A stretch of 12,793 bases of DNA, taken from NCBI GenBank assembly GCA_051294375.1, contig JBJCIZ010001163.1:1-12793 (forward strand), in the 5' to 3' direction. A program made the position numbers and the translations under genes. Of the stretch, positions 1 through 10,858 are shown piece by piece. The first letter of the stretch is position 1; each line of letters begins with the position of its first letter. The notes beneath the pieces were generated by a model. It was given only the letters and a program-made list of their open reading frames with translations. It searched no databases and was not told where the DNA came from. The DNA is from Paraspadella gotoi. Lineage: Eukaryota > Animalia > Chaetognatha.

Positions 1-409
1 ATAAATAAATATTAAAAAATAAATATTTGGGTATAGAGCCCGGTCTGTCTCGATAATAAAAACGAACTTTTTTCTTTACAAAATTTTTTTTTTACAGCAC
101 TAATCCATGAATAACAACATAAACGGGACAATGAGAGCAGACGACGAAGACACAAAACAAACGTTAACCGTTTAGTTGGACGCATATGCTTACACTCACA
201 AATTATACATATATTATATATATATATTAATATATATTAACACAAGTGGATATTAAATGGGTAAGAAATTGCCATTTTTGTTTGTTGGTATACGATATAT
301 CCGATATTCAAAGAACCCACGGCGACGTTAATCTCCGTCAGACAAGAGATACAAATCGAGATTGTTTATTGTCGCCCCCCCCTCCACCCCCATCCACCCC
401 CCTCCCTTT

Positions 410-709
410 TCAACCCTCTCTCGTCCCTCGACTCTTCTCCGCTCGAAACAACGTCGAATGCATGAGCTTCTCCCACTTGGCCAGCAGTCGAAACAGCTCC
501 TCTCCAGCAGAGTTGCTCTGGTTCCGCTTCTCCAGCTTGAAGTTGAGCACGAAGCAGTTGAAGCAGCGTCGCTTCTCCGAGCTGGACTTGCGGCGGAGCC
601 TGCGGCGGAACCAGCTCACCATCGCCCACGAGAGGTTGAAGAGGTGGTGGAGGAGGGAAAAGGGGATGGGAAGCAAGGATCGGGTCCGGAAATCCAGGAT
701 GGTTCCCAC
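410..709 (-). CDS. Probable terminal coding exon of a TRP cation channel (TRPM/TRPC-like, region just after the TRP box)
   Basis: On the minus strand, a polypyrimidine tract and CAG acceptor (712-710) directly precede an open frame VGTILDFRTRSLLPIPFSLLHHLFNLSW...LLAKWEKLMH...REG*. This aligns by eye with the TRPM-type motif YxLIxEYxxRPxLPPPFxxLxHL. The segment is a GC-rich island in AT-rich DNA. No upstream exons were recognised in the window. Confidence 0.6.
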   Translation of the reverse strand: MGTILDFRTRSLLPIPFSLLHHLFNLSWAMVSWFRRRLRRKSSSEKRRCFNCFVLNFKLEKRNQSNSAGEELFRLLAKWEKLMHSTLFRAEKSRGTREG

Positions 710-1240
710 CTGAAGGTTATGAGAGATGGGAAAAGAAAGGCTAAGAAAATTACAGGAAGCTTGGCATTATCATCGATTTAGCATCTAAAGTCGGAAAAAG
801 GGTAGTACATCATACAATAATACTTATGTCGCAATGCAAGATAAAAGCTAAAAGCGAGTTTCAGCCTACTTTTGCACGAATTTATTGATCTCAGAGATAA
901 CTCCTTTACCCAATATTATCAATTATGCAGCCATTTGGTACTCAGAAGGTTCAGATACAATGTGAAGGACCGTTATTTCCCTGTGTGAAGATTAACAAGG
1001 TCCAATCGTTGACAAAATAAAAAAATATGAAAAAAAGTGTGACAAAATTTTTTACTGTATGTTTTCGAAATTATGGTACTGTCACAAAATGGTTTAAAAA
1101 CGCATTTTTAATACATATTCTGTTAGAGCAGACCTCTACATATTTTTTGCGACAATTTTGAATCAGGGCTTGTTCATAATCAATTAATAAATCAGAAATT
1201 TGGACTGACAAACAGGTTTCTGCTTTTTATCAAATATTTT

Positions 1241-1967
1241 ACTTTTTCGCACTGATATCTTTGTTATGAGAAAAAAAAATGGATGGTCGTAGCGGTAAAT
1301 CTATGTTGTTGTGATCATTCATGATAAATTTGAATAAAAAATATGCACAACTTTGATGATAGAACATTTTTCTTTAATAAAAAAATTGAATTTTCCAGTT
1401 TTTCGAAAATCTTATTTTTTGCGTTCATAATTATAATTAAAGAAAACGAGTAAACATTTTGCATTTCTAAAAACATCAGATTGGAGGTAATCAATTTGCG
1501 CAAAATCTGATGTTTTTTATTTTTTGATATTTTTATTTTTTATGCAAAAACATAATTAGGAATGAGCCTTAGTCAAATCAATTTTTTGTATCATTTTTTC
1601 ATATAAGCCTGACTTTTTTGCCCTGATGTCTTTTCTACAAGAAGATCCATGGATTTGGAGGGTAGTAGCCATAAATCTATATTTTTATGATAATCCATGA
1701 TTAATTTGGAACAAAAATACGTACAACTTTGAAGAAAGGGCATTTTTATTTATTAAAAAAATTGAATTTTTTAGTTGAAAAAAAGCAGAATTTTTTTGTT
1801 CATAATTAAGAATAAAGAAAACGAGCAAACATTTTGTATTTCTAAAAACATCAGATTGGAGATAATCATTTTTGGCCAAATCTTTCTTAAATTTTCATTT
1901 TTTTGCAAAAATATAATTATCATGATCATTGGTCAAATCAATTTTTTAAATCTTTTTCTTATACAAG
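1241..1967. repeat. Two diverged tandem units of ~370 bp
   Basis: Units start near 1241 and 1612 and share blocks such as 'aaagaaaacgagYaaacattttgYatttctaaaaacatcagattggag' and 'aaaaaaattgaatttt'. Confidence 0.85.
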
Positions 1968-2190
1968 ATAGAAAGAGAGAGATTGATTGATAAATTTTTA
2001 ATTGATTGGTTATGCTGAAAAGGTGAAAGTTTACCGCAATGAACAAATAATTGTTACTAAGATGTACATTATTATTGTTTACCTAAAATTTAAATAAAAA
2101 CAAAATTTCACTATTTGATTATTCTTTTTATCGTCGCAATCGCTAATCGCTAATCGTCGTTGTCGTCGGCATTCCAAATTATAGATCGCC

Positions 2191-2672
2191 TTTTTAGTAG
2201 GATCTGCTTATCAGCAGGATATATTAATAAATCAAATAATTAATCAGTTAATTAATCAATTAGTCAAATAATTAATCACTAATTAATTAATCAGTCAATC
2301 AATCCGTCCATCCGTCCCACCTTAGCAAAAAGCCCCAATAACTCGTTATTGGCTGGTTGGATCGGAATGAAATTTTGTGTATGGGTAGGAACATGTGTGA
2401 TGAAGCTGGATATAAAGTTTCGACGGAATCGTGTGAGTGGATAAGAGTTTAAATGTTAAAAACATAAGTCGCATTTACTAAAATCTTTTTACTTATTTTA
2501 ACCAATAAATACTCTAATTAATCATAATTGGATGGATAGATTGAGTTAAAATTTTGTGTGTGGGTAGGAAAATGTGTGACGAAGCTTGATATAAAGTTTC
2601 GGTATGAGTGGAAATGAGTTTAAATGAAAAAGATATGAGTCACATTTACTTGACTCTTTTTACTTATTTTAA
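2191..2672 (+). mobile_element. Helentron/DINE-1-like non-autonomous element with internal 175-bp tandem units
   Basis: Starts with a T-run and a hairpin CTGCT-TATC-AGCAG (2204-2217), followed by an AATC/AATT-type and TCCGTCCATCCGTCC microsatellite, then 'aataactc...gatcggaatgaaattttg'. Two tandem units start at 2355 and 2530 (period 175). This layout resembles HINE/DINE-1 elements; the family assignment is inference. Confidence 0.5.
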
Positions 2673-2722
2673 TAAAGTTTGGAAATAATTTCATCAACGA
2701 TTTTATTTGTGTACGCCGTACG

Positions 2723-2760
2723 GACATGTTTCGACTCTTTTTATTTCGAGCCTTCATCAT
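2723..2760 (-). ncRNA. Minimal hammerhead ribozyme motif, 5'-truncated (core C3 lost); part of element 2674-2760
   Basis: Minus strand reads aTGATGA A GGCTC GAAATAAAAA GAGTC GAAAC AT GTC cgtac. It abuts gag sequence at 2761. Confidence 0.75.
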
Positions 2761-3274
2761 TACTTTCTCCTCGAGGCGCGCGAGATGCTGTGAAGGACGG
2801 AGGCCGTCTCGACCAAAGCCGTCGAGAATCAGTGCCGCTTGCTGTCGCTTCGTGACTCCATATTCCTTACTGAGGTAGGCAATAAAATTTTTCCAGTTGG
2901 CCTCGGTGGGATCTCCATAAAGGAAAGCGTTTACTCGAGGGTTGACGTCCGCAGCGATCCTTGACTCGAGGTGGGCGAATTTTTCGCTGGCGTAGTGATT
3001 GTCGCTCGGACGTACGCTGCCTTCAACTCGTCGAATTCCAAATGTCTATGTTCTTTGGATCAAATGCTGGCAATTCAGGTTTTCGTTTCTTTTCAAGCGC
3101 CTTGAGGGCTGCTGCTAGCGCTGTGCGCAGCGTCTCCGTTTCATCAGCGCCTGTAGCGGCCGCCATTTCGCCGTTAACGGTAATAGAAGTCGGCGGAAAT
3201 TCGAAAGTGGGCGTGGCCGTCGCGCTGAGCGGAATATTAGGCGAGTTGTCGCGTGAGCGACGGTCCCGATTCAA
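2761..3274 (-). pseudogene. gag: Ty3/gypsy-type LTR retrotransposon gag, N-terminal fragment, frameshifted and 3'-truncated
   Basis: Joining across three apparent 1-nt frameshifts gives MNRDRR...KPELPAFDPKNIDIW/IRRVE/AAYVRATITTPA/KFAHLESRIAADVNPRVNAFLYGDPTEANWKNFIAYLSKEYGVTKRQQAALILDGFGRDGLRPSQHLARLEEKV. This resembles the invertebrate gag pattern LPPFW..P.LWF.QVEA.F....IT....KF...GD.KPSQ.L. It lies downstream of a PBS. Confidence 0.8.
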
Positions 3275-3393
3275 TATAAGCTGAGCGTCGAGATTCGCTT
3301 GCTGGCGAACTCAAGAGGTTTGTCGAGTTTCCCTGGATTCACTCATGGATAGCTTACAAAAGGTGATAGGTCGGTCGAAAGGTTGGATAGTAC

Positions 3394-3411
3394 TCGGCGT
3401 TGGGTTCACCA
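3394..3411 (-). promoter_or_regulatory. Primer binding site (PBS) of the LTR retrotransposon
   Basis: Minus strand reads ...CATCTACA T TGGTGAACCCAACGCCGA: a canonical LTR 'CA' end, a 1-nt spacer, then TGG complementary to tRNA CCA, 120 nt upstream of the gag ATG. Confidence 0.75.
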
Positions 3412-3412
3412 A

Positions 3413-4100
3413 TGTAGATGGCGCGAAATGAACTCGCGTGTTCGGCGTCGCGTCATCAAAAGATCGAAGGAGTTGACGGGCAACTTCAGGAGGGCCTGGA
3501 GACGACGAGAGTGTTGAGAAGTTGACTGAGAGGCGTCGAATAAGTTCGTAGGCGTCGAAGGTTGACTTGGCGCCACAAAGGGGAGCTGAACTATGAGTTT
3601 TGAGTTTCGCCGGAAGTGGCGTTGGCGTTGACGCACGTGGCGTAAATAAAAGTTACTTTAACCAACTTGTTTGGTTATTAATGTAAAAGTAAAACCTTAA
3701 TAAAATAATCAAAGCATATAGATATTCCTCTGCTTTTTTCAGCAAGCAATTAAGAATATCTATATGTTAAATAACACAATGTGAATAATTAATTAATTAA
3801 ATTAATTAATAACGAATCGATTAAAAAGTCGTTAACAATAATTAATTAATAACGAGATGATTTGGAGTTATTAATTTTCTGTAAAAGTTTCAGAATGAAG
3901 AAGAGTTTGAATAGTAAATCAAAACAAATAAAATCAGATTGTTGTTTTGTTTAGATGAAAACAAAAGGCGAAATACTAAAGCTGCTAAGCTTATAAGTTA
4001 TCTGAAACAAGATTTGTTTTAACGACCAAAGTGGCGATGCTGGTTGAGCCTAGTAACGCGGGCGATGAGTCCCGAGTTCGAGACCAGATCGTTACTCTTT
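3413..4100 (-). mobile_element. Putative 5' LTR (far boundary uncertain)
   Basis: Ends in ...TACA next to the PBS (TG at 3413-3414 on +). The far end was not located; the extent is inferred from similarity to 5964-6540. Confidence 0.55.
4025..4096 (+). other. tRNA-derived Pol III-like unit (A box and B box), not an intact tRNA
   Basis: TGGCGATGCTGG at 4032 and GTTCGAGACC at 4076, 44 nt apart as in tRNA, followed by a T-run. Acceptor and T stems do not pair well. Confidence 0.5.
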
Positions 4101-5963
4101 TTAATTATTTTATAATTAATTAGAAATCGTTTAAAACCATAAGTATAAGTTTCGAAAAAGGGAATGTATCGAACAGAGTTGGGAATCAACGGTTAATGAT
4201 CGATCATGGATGGGAAATCTCTGGATCAAACAAATTTAAAGATAAAATAAAAGTTATTAGAATTATTAATTTTAGTAAAATATAGCTAAATCCAAGTATT
4301 TAAAACTGTTTTAAATTAAATAAATGTAAAAAACTTGTATTAATTAATGTTTAAATATTATTAACATATTGCATTTTTTGTTAAAAAATACGAAAATTGT
4401 GAAAAATAGGAAAGATGATTAATCATATAGTTTTAATCAAATATATATGAAATAAGGAGATATATAACTGTTTTCATTTGTAAAATTTTACTTTATTTAT
4501 TAATTTTTAATTAATACAAAGTTTTACATTTTTTGAACCACAAAAAATAAAGCATTTAGTCAAAGGGTATTTTAAACTCTCATAATATAAACAAAAAGAA
4601 AAATAAATTATAAGACATTGTCCTGTTAAAAAAATTCTTCCAAGGCAAGAGAGGTTTTGTTTATGATACAAAAGGCATCAGGCCCTTTCACCCTCGGTGG
4701 CTACCTAACCCTATTGTCGCCTCTAAGTCAAGTCTAATATTCTTTTTTTCTTCCATTTTATTGATTTTGAGATGAGAACAGAGAGGTTTATTTTTTAATA
4801 TTTACAAAATGTATTGTTTGTAAATGTTAAAAACTCTGTTTTTATTTTTATTTATTATTTTTTTTCTTCTTCTGTCATTGTCTATTCTAGAGTTACTAGT
4901 GGTGCTAAATAACAAAATGTGCTTAAATGTATCCTTTTGAATTCTGATCAGAGCTATCCTTAGCAAAAGATATGATTATAAAAAAAATAATTATTAAATA
5001 AAATAAATTTAATAATACAAATTCTGCCATCAAGAGAGTGGGCTGGATGGATTGATGTATGCAACTTTATCAAGTCTTGAATGTGTAGGGACAGCTGTAC
5101 AAAGAGTATTGCACAAAGCACCAATGGTTGGCCAACACAGATCCGGGATGGGGAAATGAAGGAAGCTGGCGAAGACAGTTTTGATAATGATATGCTTTCT
5201 TTTTATGCACAATATTGGTGGCCGGGACCAGGGCTTATGACATAATCAACTCCAGACCGCCAGAGAGCAACAATTTGTGGATTAATGTAACTATATTGTT
5301 GGGAATGGGCATCAAAGAGGCTGTGAAATAACTAGTTATTTCATGCTCGCGATATCAAGCGTTCCAGCGTTGTCCGTCCCGTGAAAGTCTGACGTAGGTT
5401 TATCGTTGTTAAATTCAAAATTCTTTGCTCTCTCTCATTATATTATCATAAAAAACTATCAATGCTCTAAATAGACAAAATAAATATCAAGTTACAAAAG
5501 ATTCGTTCTTAATAACTTTAAAATTTCAGAATTAATTCGTTGTTGAAGAGACATCATATGCACAGGAGATAATGATTTAGTATTAAGCATATAAACTTTT
5601 TTTGACAAGGAATAAAAAAATATTTAGTATTAAGCAATTCGTGGTAGGATTTATAAGTATGATTTCTTCTTTTTTGCCAACATTTGATTCTTATGACTAA
5701 TCATGTTTTAAGGCAGTCCGAGTAAAAGTAAATTGTCCACCGAAAAAGTCAGGTTGAGAGAGAGAGAGAAGCAAAATCAAAAGAACCTGCCCTGAAAAAT
5801 GATTTGTTTCATAAGATCAAATATTAGCATGAAAGTAATAAATGAACTTGTAAATTCTCTATGAATTGCTTAATACTAATATTTTGTATTTCTGTCAAAA
5901 CGATAAAATATTAATAATTTTAATATTGCTGTATTATTTATTATAATGAAACTTGATATGATA

Positions 5964-6540
5964 TGTGGCGAGACGCCGGTTATAATTGTCGCGTGCCTAA
6001 CGAACTTGAAGGACGGCCGTAGACTTGGCGACGTGCGGAGAGGATCGTCAGGGTTGCCAAGTGCGTCGGACAAGTTGAATTCTTGGATTGTTCCAATCGA
6101 TAAATCAGTTAGTGAACAAAGTTCTAATTTGTTCCATTAGCATTGTTATTAAATACCTTAATAAAATAATCAAAGCATATAGAATATTCAACTACAATAC
6201 AATTAACACTTAAAGAAATTGATTAACAATGCAATAATCAAATAACAATTATTAAATCAATAATTAACAGTAAACGATTGGTAATAGATGACTCCATTTT
6301 GTATAGTTGAAAACTAGGAGAAATATTGAATTATCTTACTCAACAATAATTTAATTAAACTCGCTAGATGGCAGAGTTAATATAGTATGATAGATTGTTC
6401 ATATGTGCTTAAAAATAAGTGACAGTAATAATTGATAAGTTTTAATATAAGGAACTTGAGAAGTGAGGCAGATGTGGCTCACAGTGATTATTCACTCGTG
6501 GCTCAGAGATTCGGGGATCGAATCCACAATATACTCAAGG
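5964..6540. mobile_element. Diverged relative of the 3413-4100 segment (possible solo LTR)
   Basis: Starts TGTGGCG, then a GC-rich block, an identical 29-mer ACCTTAATAAAATAATCAAAGCATATAGA (6155-6183 = 3694-3722), an AATT-rich block and an A/B-box unit, all in the same order. Confidence 0.5.
6468..6537 (+). other. Second degenerate tRNA-like A/B-box unit
   Basis: TGGCTCACAGTG at 6475 and GATCGAATCC at 6516, followed by 'CCA...TACTC' as in the 4076 copy. Confidence 0.35.
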
Positions 6541-6748
6541 TTGAATAAGGTCTCTTACTTCTAAAACCCTTGGACTAAAGTTAAATGAAACTAATAGAAA
6601 AAAACTAATTAATAAGTTTATACAGCTTATTAAAACTGATCTTATTTTCGTATCAGATTTTTAAACAGTGAACATGTTTCAACTTTTAATTCAAGTCTTC
6701 ATCCACATTTATGAATGTATACAGTTTTTTACTTCACAAAAAAATATT

Positions 6749-6900
6749 GGGAGAGAGAGGAGAGAAAGGAAGAGAGAGTGAAAATTAGGTGAGAGTAAGG
6801 GAAGAGAGAAAAGAGAGAGAAAAATTTTCAACAAGATTTGAGAAAAGGAAGAGGTCGAGTGAAGACAGGTAGGTTTAAGGCCAGAGAGAGAGAGATAGAT
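6749..6900. repeat. GA-rich low-complexity tract
   Basis: Runs of imperfect (GA)n. Confidence 0.8.
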
Positions 6901-7992
6901 ATTGAAAAAAAATTTTCACTGTTTAAAGAAAAATCATTGCTTGACTACTTCAAACTCTTTCTTAATTTCACAAAGCGACAAAAGAAAGGATTTCACATAA
7001 TAGTATAAAATAATATTTTTTTTATTGCTGGATTAAAGGTTTTTTTTTTAAGAAAAGAAAAGAAAATATAATCTGATTAACTTTTGATGCATGAATATGT
7101 TTCTCTTCTCTCTATCACCTGGAAAAACTTAAAAATAGGGTATTCCCTCTAAAGCATTTACATAAAACTTTATGAAAAAGGGTCTAACTCCGGCTATAGT
7201 TTTTGAGCAAAAAATGATATGCCAGTAAAAAAACTTACTTGATAAAAAAATTAAATTAGTAAAAAGGTATTAAAAATATAAACGCAGAATTGTTAAAATT
7301 AGAAAAGTTTCATTAATTGAATGAAATTGAAATGAAATTTTGAATATTATAGTTAAAGTTTAAAGTCCTTTGGCTTTTAAAAAACGAATCTTTTTAAGAT
7401 GTAATAATTGATAAATTATGATTTGAATTTTTTTTATGATATGGATGTTAATCTTTTTGTGATAAAGCTGTCATATAACAGAAAAAAAACCATTAGCAGT
7501 CAGAATAGATCAAAAACATTTAATAATACATATTTAATTGATTATCGAGCACTATTTCCGGTTTGGGACACGCCCACTATTGATGAAAAGCCTTTATTGA
7601 ACATTTTTTGTCTAAGTACTCTATTAAATAATTATTAATTGCAGGATAAGTAATAACAACTGCTAACTTTTAATTTGTAGTAAAAAGAAAAATTCTATAT
7701 TGTAGTCCACCCAACTTCCGGTAAATTGTGCGCAGGTCTAATGCAAATCTGATTGACGCACCTTGTTAATCGTTTAAGCACTTAAAATTATACTAGAAAC
7801 TGTACAGGATTGTGAAAATTTTCGACTGCATGGGTAAAAAAACAGTGTAGTATAGAGTCATATAAGAAATTTTTTGTACATTGAAAGTAATAATTAAAAA
7901 TGTATAAATTTTCGTTTGAGCATGTTTCTCAAACTAAATTTTTGACTCACTCCTTTGAGAGGGGCTACCCCTATTCAGAAGAAAAAATAATC

Positions 7993-8035
7993 AGAGAGAG
8001 AGATAGAAGAGTGAGAGAGAGAGAGATAGAGAGAA
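7993..8035. repeat. Imperfect (GA)n microsatellite
   Basis: agagagagagatagaagagtgagagagagagatagagagaa. Confidence 0.85.
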
Positions 8036-8519
8036 GCTGGACAGCTGCTGGACCGCCGCTGCAGAGCGTGAACTCGTTTTTCGACGAATCTGAGTAGGGC
8101 CAAACTCTTTTCCTTTCTATAAATAAATATTATAAAAATAAATATTTGGGTATAGAGGCCGGTCTGCTCGATAATAAAAACGAATTTTTTCTTTACAAAA
8201 TTTTTTTTTACAGCACTAATCCATGAATAACAACATAAACGGGACAATGAGAGCAGACGACGAAGAACAAAAAAACGTTAACGTTTAGTTGGACGCATAT
8301 GCTTACATCACAAATTATACATATATTATATATATATATTAATATATATTAACACAAGTGGATATTAAATGGGTAAGAAATTGCCATTTTTGTTTGTTGG
8401 TATACGATATATCCGATATTCAAAGAACCCACGGCGACGTTAATCTCCGTCAGACAAGAGATACAAATCGAGATTGTTTATTGTCGCCCCCCCTCCACCC
8501 CATCCACCCCCCTCCCTTT

Positions 8520-8818
8520 TCAACCCTCTCTCGTCCTCGACTCTTCTCCGCTCGAAACAACGTCGAATGCATGAGCTTCTCCCACTTGGCCAGCAGTCGA
8601 AACAGCTCCTCTCCAGCAGAGTTGCTCTGGTTCCGCTTCTCCAGCTTGAAGATTGAGCACGAAGCAGTTGAAGCAGCGTCGCTTCTCCGAGCTGGACTTG
8701 CGGCGGAGCCTGCGCGGAACCAGCTCACCATCGCCCACGGAGAGTTGAAGAGGTGGTGGAGGAGGGAAAAGGGGATGGGAAGCAAGGATCGGGTCCGGAA
8801 ATCCAGGATGGTTCCCAC
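8520..8818 (-). pseudogene. Second copy of the TRP-like terminal exon, frameshifted (real or sequencing error)
   Basis: Same acceptor and same sequence as 410-709, but with 1-nt indels (agttgag>agattgag, tgcggcgg>tgcgcgg, gtccctc>gtcctc) that shift the frame. Confidence 0.55.
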
Positions 8819-9346
8819 CTGAAGGTTATGAGAGATGGGAAAAGAAAGGCTAAGAAAATTACAGGAAGCTTGGCATTATCATCGATTTAGCATCTAAAGT
8901 CGGAAAAGGGTAGTACATCATACAATAATACTTATGTCGCAATGCAAGATAAAAGCTAAAAGCGAGTTTCAGCCTACTTTTGCACGAATTTATTGATCTC
9001 AGAGATAACTCCTTTACCCAATATTATCAATTATGGCAGCCATTTGGTACTCAGAAGGTTCAGATACAATGTGAAGGACCGTTATTTCCCTGTGTGAAGA
9101 TTAACAAGGTCCAATCGTTGACAAAATAAAAAAATATGAAAAAAAGTGTGACAAAATTTTTTACTGTATGTTTTCGAAATTATGGTACTGTCACAAAATG
9201 GTTTAAAACGCATTTTTAATACATATTCTGTTAAGCAGACCTCTACATATTTTTTGCGACAATTTTGAATCAGGGCTTGTTCATAATCAATTAATAAATC
9301 AGAAATTTGGACTGACAAACAGGTTTCTCTTTTTATCAAATATTTT

Positions 9347-10074
9347 ACTTTTTCGCACTGATATCTTTGTTATGAGAAAAAAAAATGGATGTCGTAGCGG
9401 TAAATCTATGTTTGTTGTGATCATTCATGATAAATTTGAATAAAAATATGCACAACTTTGATGATAGAACATTTTTCTTTAATAAAAAAATTGAATTTTC
9501 CAGTTTTCGAAAATCTTATTTTTTGCGTTCATAATTATAATTAAAGAAAACGAGTAAACATTTTGCATTTCTAAAAACATCAGATTGGAGGTAATCAATT
9601 TGCGCAAAATCTGATGTTTTTTATTTTTTGATATTTTTATTTTTTATGCAAAAACATAATTAGGAATGAGCCTTAGTCAATCAATTTTTTGTATCATTTT
9701 TTCATATAAGCCTGACTTTTTTGCCCTGATGTCTTTTCTACAAGAAGATCCATGGATTTGGAGGGTAGTAGCCATAAATCTATATTTTTATGATAATCCA
9801 TGATTAATTTGGAACAAAAATACGTACAACTTTGAAGAAAGGGCATTTTTATTTTATTAAAAAAATTGAATTTTTTAGTTGAAAAAAAGCAGAAATTTTG
9901 TTGTGTTCATAATTAAGAATAAAGAAAACGAGCAAACATTTTGTATTTCTAAAAACATCAGATGGGAGATAATCATTTTTGGCCAAATCTTTCTTAAATT
10001 TTCATTTTTTGCAAAAATATAATTATCATGATCATTGGTTCAAATCAATTTTTTAAATCTTTTTCTTATACAAG
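9347..10074. repeat. Duplicated copy of the ~370-bp two-unit tandem repeat
   Basis: Equivalent to 1241-1967 within the segmental duplication. Confidence 0.85.
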
Positions 10075-10297
10075 ATAGAAAAGAGGAGATTGATTGATAA
10101 AATTTTTAATTGATTGGTTATGCTGAAAAGTGAAAGTTTACCGCAATGAACAAATAATTGTTACTAAGATGTACATTATTATTGTTTACCTAAAATTTAA
10201 ATAAAAACAAAATTTCACTATTTGATTATTCTTTTTATCGTCGCAATCGCTAATCGCTAATCGTCGTGTTCGTCGGCATTCCAAATTATAGATCGCC

Positions 10298-10770
10298 TTT
10301 TTAGTAGGATCTGCTTATCAGCAGGATATATTAATAAATCAATAATTTAATCAGTTAATTAATCAATTAGTCAAATAATTAATCACTAATTAATTAATCA
10401 GTCAATCAATCCGTCCATCCGTCCCACCTTAGCAAAAAGCCCAATAACTCGTATTGGCTGGTGGATCGGAATGAAATTTTGTGTATGGGTAGGAACATGT
10501 GTGATGAAGCTGGATATAAGTTTCGACGGAATCGTGTGAGTGGATAAGAGTTTAATGTTAAAAACATAAGTCGCATTTACTAAATCTTTTTACTTATTTT
10601 AACCAATAAATACTCTAATTAATCATAATTGGATGGATAGATTGAGTTAAAATTTTGTGTGTGGTAGGAAAATGTGTGACGAAGCTTGATATAAAGTTTC
10701 GGTATGAGTGGAAATGAGTTTAAATGAAAAAATATGAGTCACATTTACTTGACTCTTTTACTTTATTTAA
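10298..10770 (+). mobile_element. Duplicated copy of the Helentron/DINE-like element
   Basis: Equivalent to 2191-2672. Confidence 0.5.
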
Positions 10771-10820
10771 TAAAGTTTGGAAATAATTTCATCAACGATT
10801 TTATTTGTGTACGCCGTACG

Positions 10821-10858
10821 GACATGTTTCGACTCTTTTTATTTCGAGCCTTCATCAT
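10821..10858 (-). ncRNA. Minimal hammerhead ribozyme motif, 5'-truncated (duplicate of 2723-2760); part of element 10772-10858
   Basis: Identical to the motif at 2723-2760. Confidence 0.75.

Larger units (their letters stand above)
1..3036 (+). repeat. Segmental direct duplication, copy 1 (runs off the left edge of the window)
   Basis: Colinear with 8119-11138 from 'ataaataaatatta' through 'cttcaactcgtcgaat'. Differences are mainly single-base indels in homopolymers. Confidence 0.97.

Noticed and set aside
246-781. Plus-strand ORFs 246-713 and 362-781 (and copies at 8358-8822, 8474-8656)
   Set aside because: Antisense shadows of the GC-rich minus-strand exon, with no recognisable motif.
1315-1990. 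Similar short ORFs 1315-1503, 1685-1879 and 1775-1990
   Set aside because: Their similarity comes from the AT-rich tandem repeat. The composition is low-complexity (F/K/I/N-rich) and the frames are not retained in the duplicate copy.
2398-2425. TGATGAAGCT...AGTTTCGA in the 175-bp units as a ribozyme
   Set aside because: It lacks C3 and the GAAA box, and is not conserved across units.
2355-2672. CRISPR array
   Set aside because: These are long diverged tandem units without unique spacers, with no cas genes and a eukaryotic context.
3120-3147. CTGATGA on the minus strand inside gag
   Set aside because: No stem II followed by GAAA. It simply encodes A-D-E.
4061-4092. GCGATGAGTCCCGAGTTCGAGACCAGA as a hammerhead
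   Set aside because: It resembles CTGATGAGTC...GACGAAA, but both core boxes are wrong (GCGATGA, CAGA). A B box explains it better.
4025-4096. Functional tRNA gene
   Set aside because: The A and B boxes are present, but the acceptor and T stems do not pair properly.
8058-8082. Short similarity (ctgcagagc...actcgttttt) to the reverse complement of ~11805-11835
   Set aside because: Too short and embedded in GA-rich sequence to support homology by eye.
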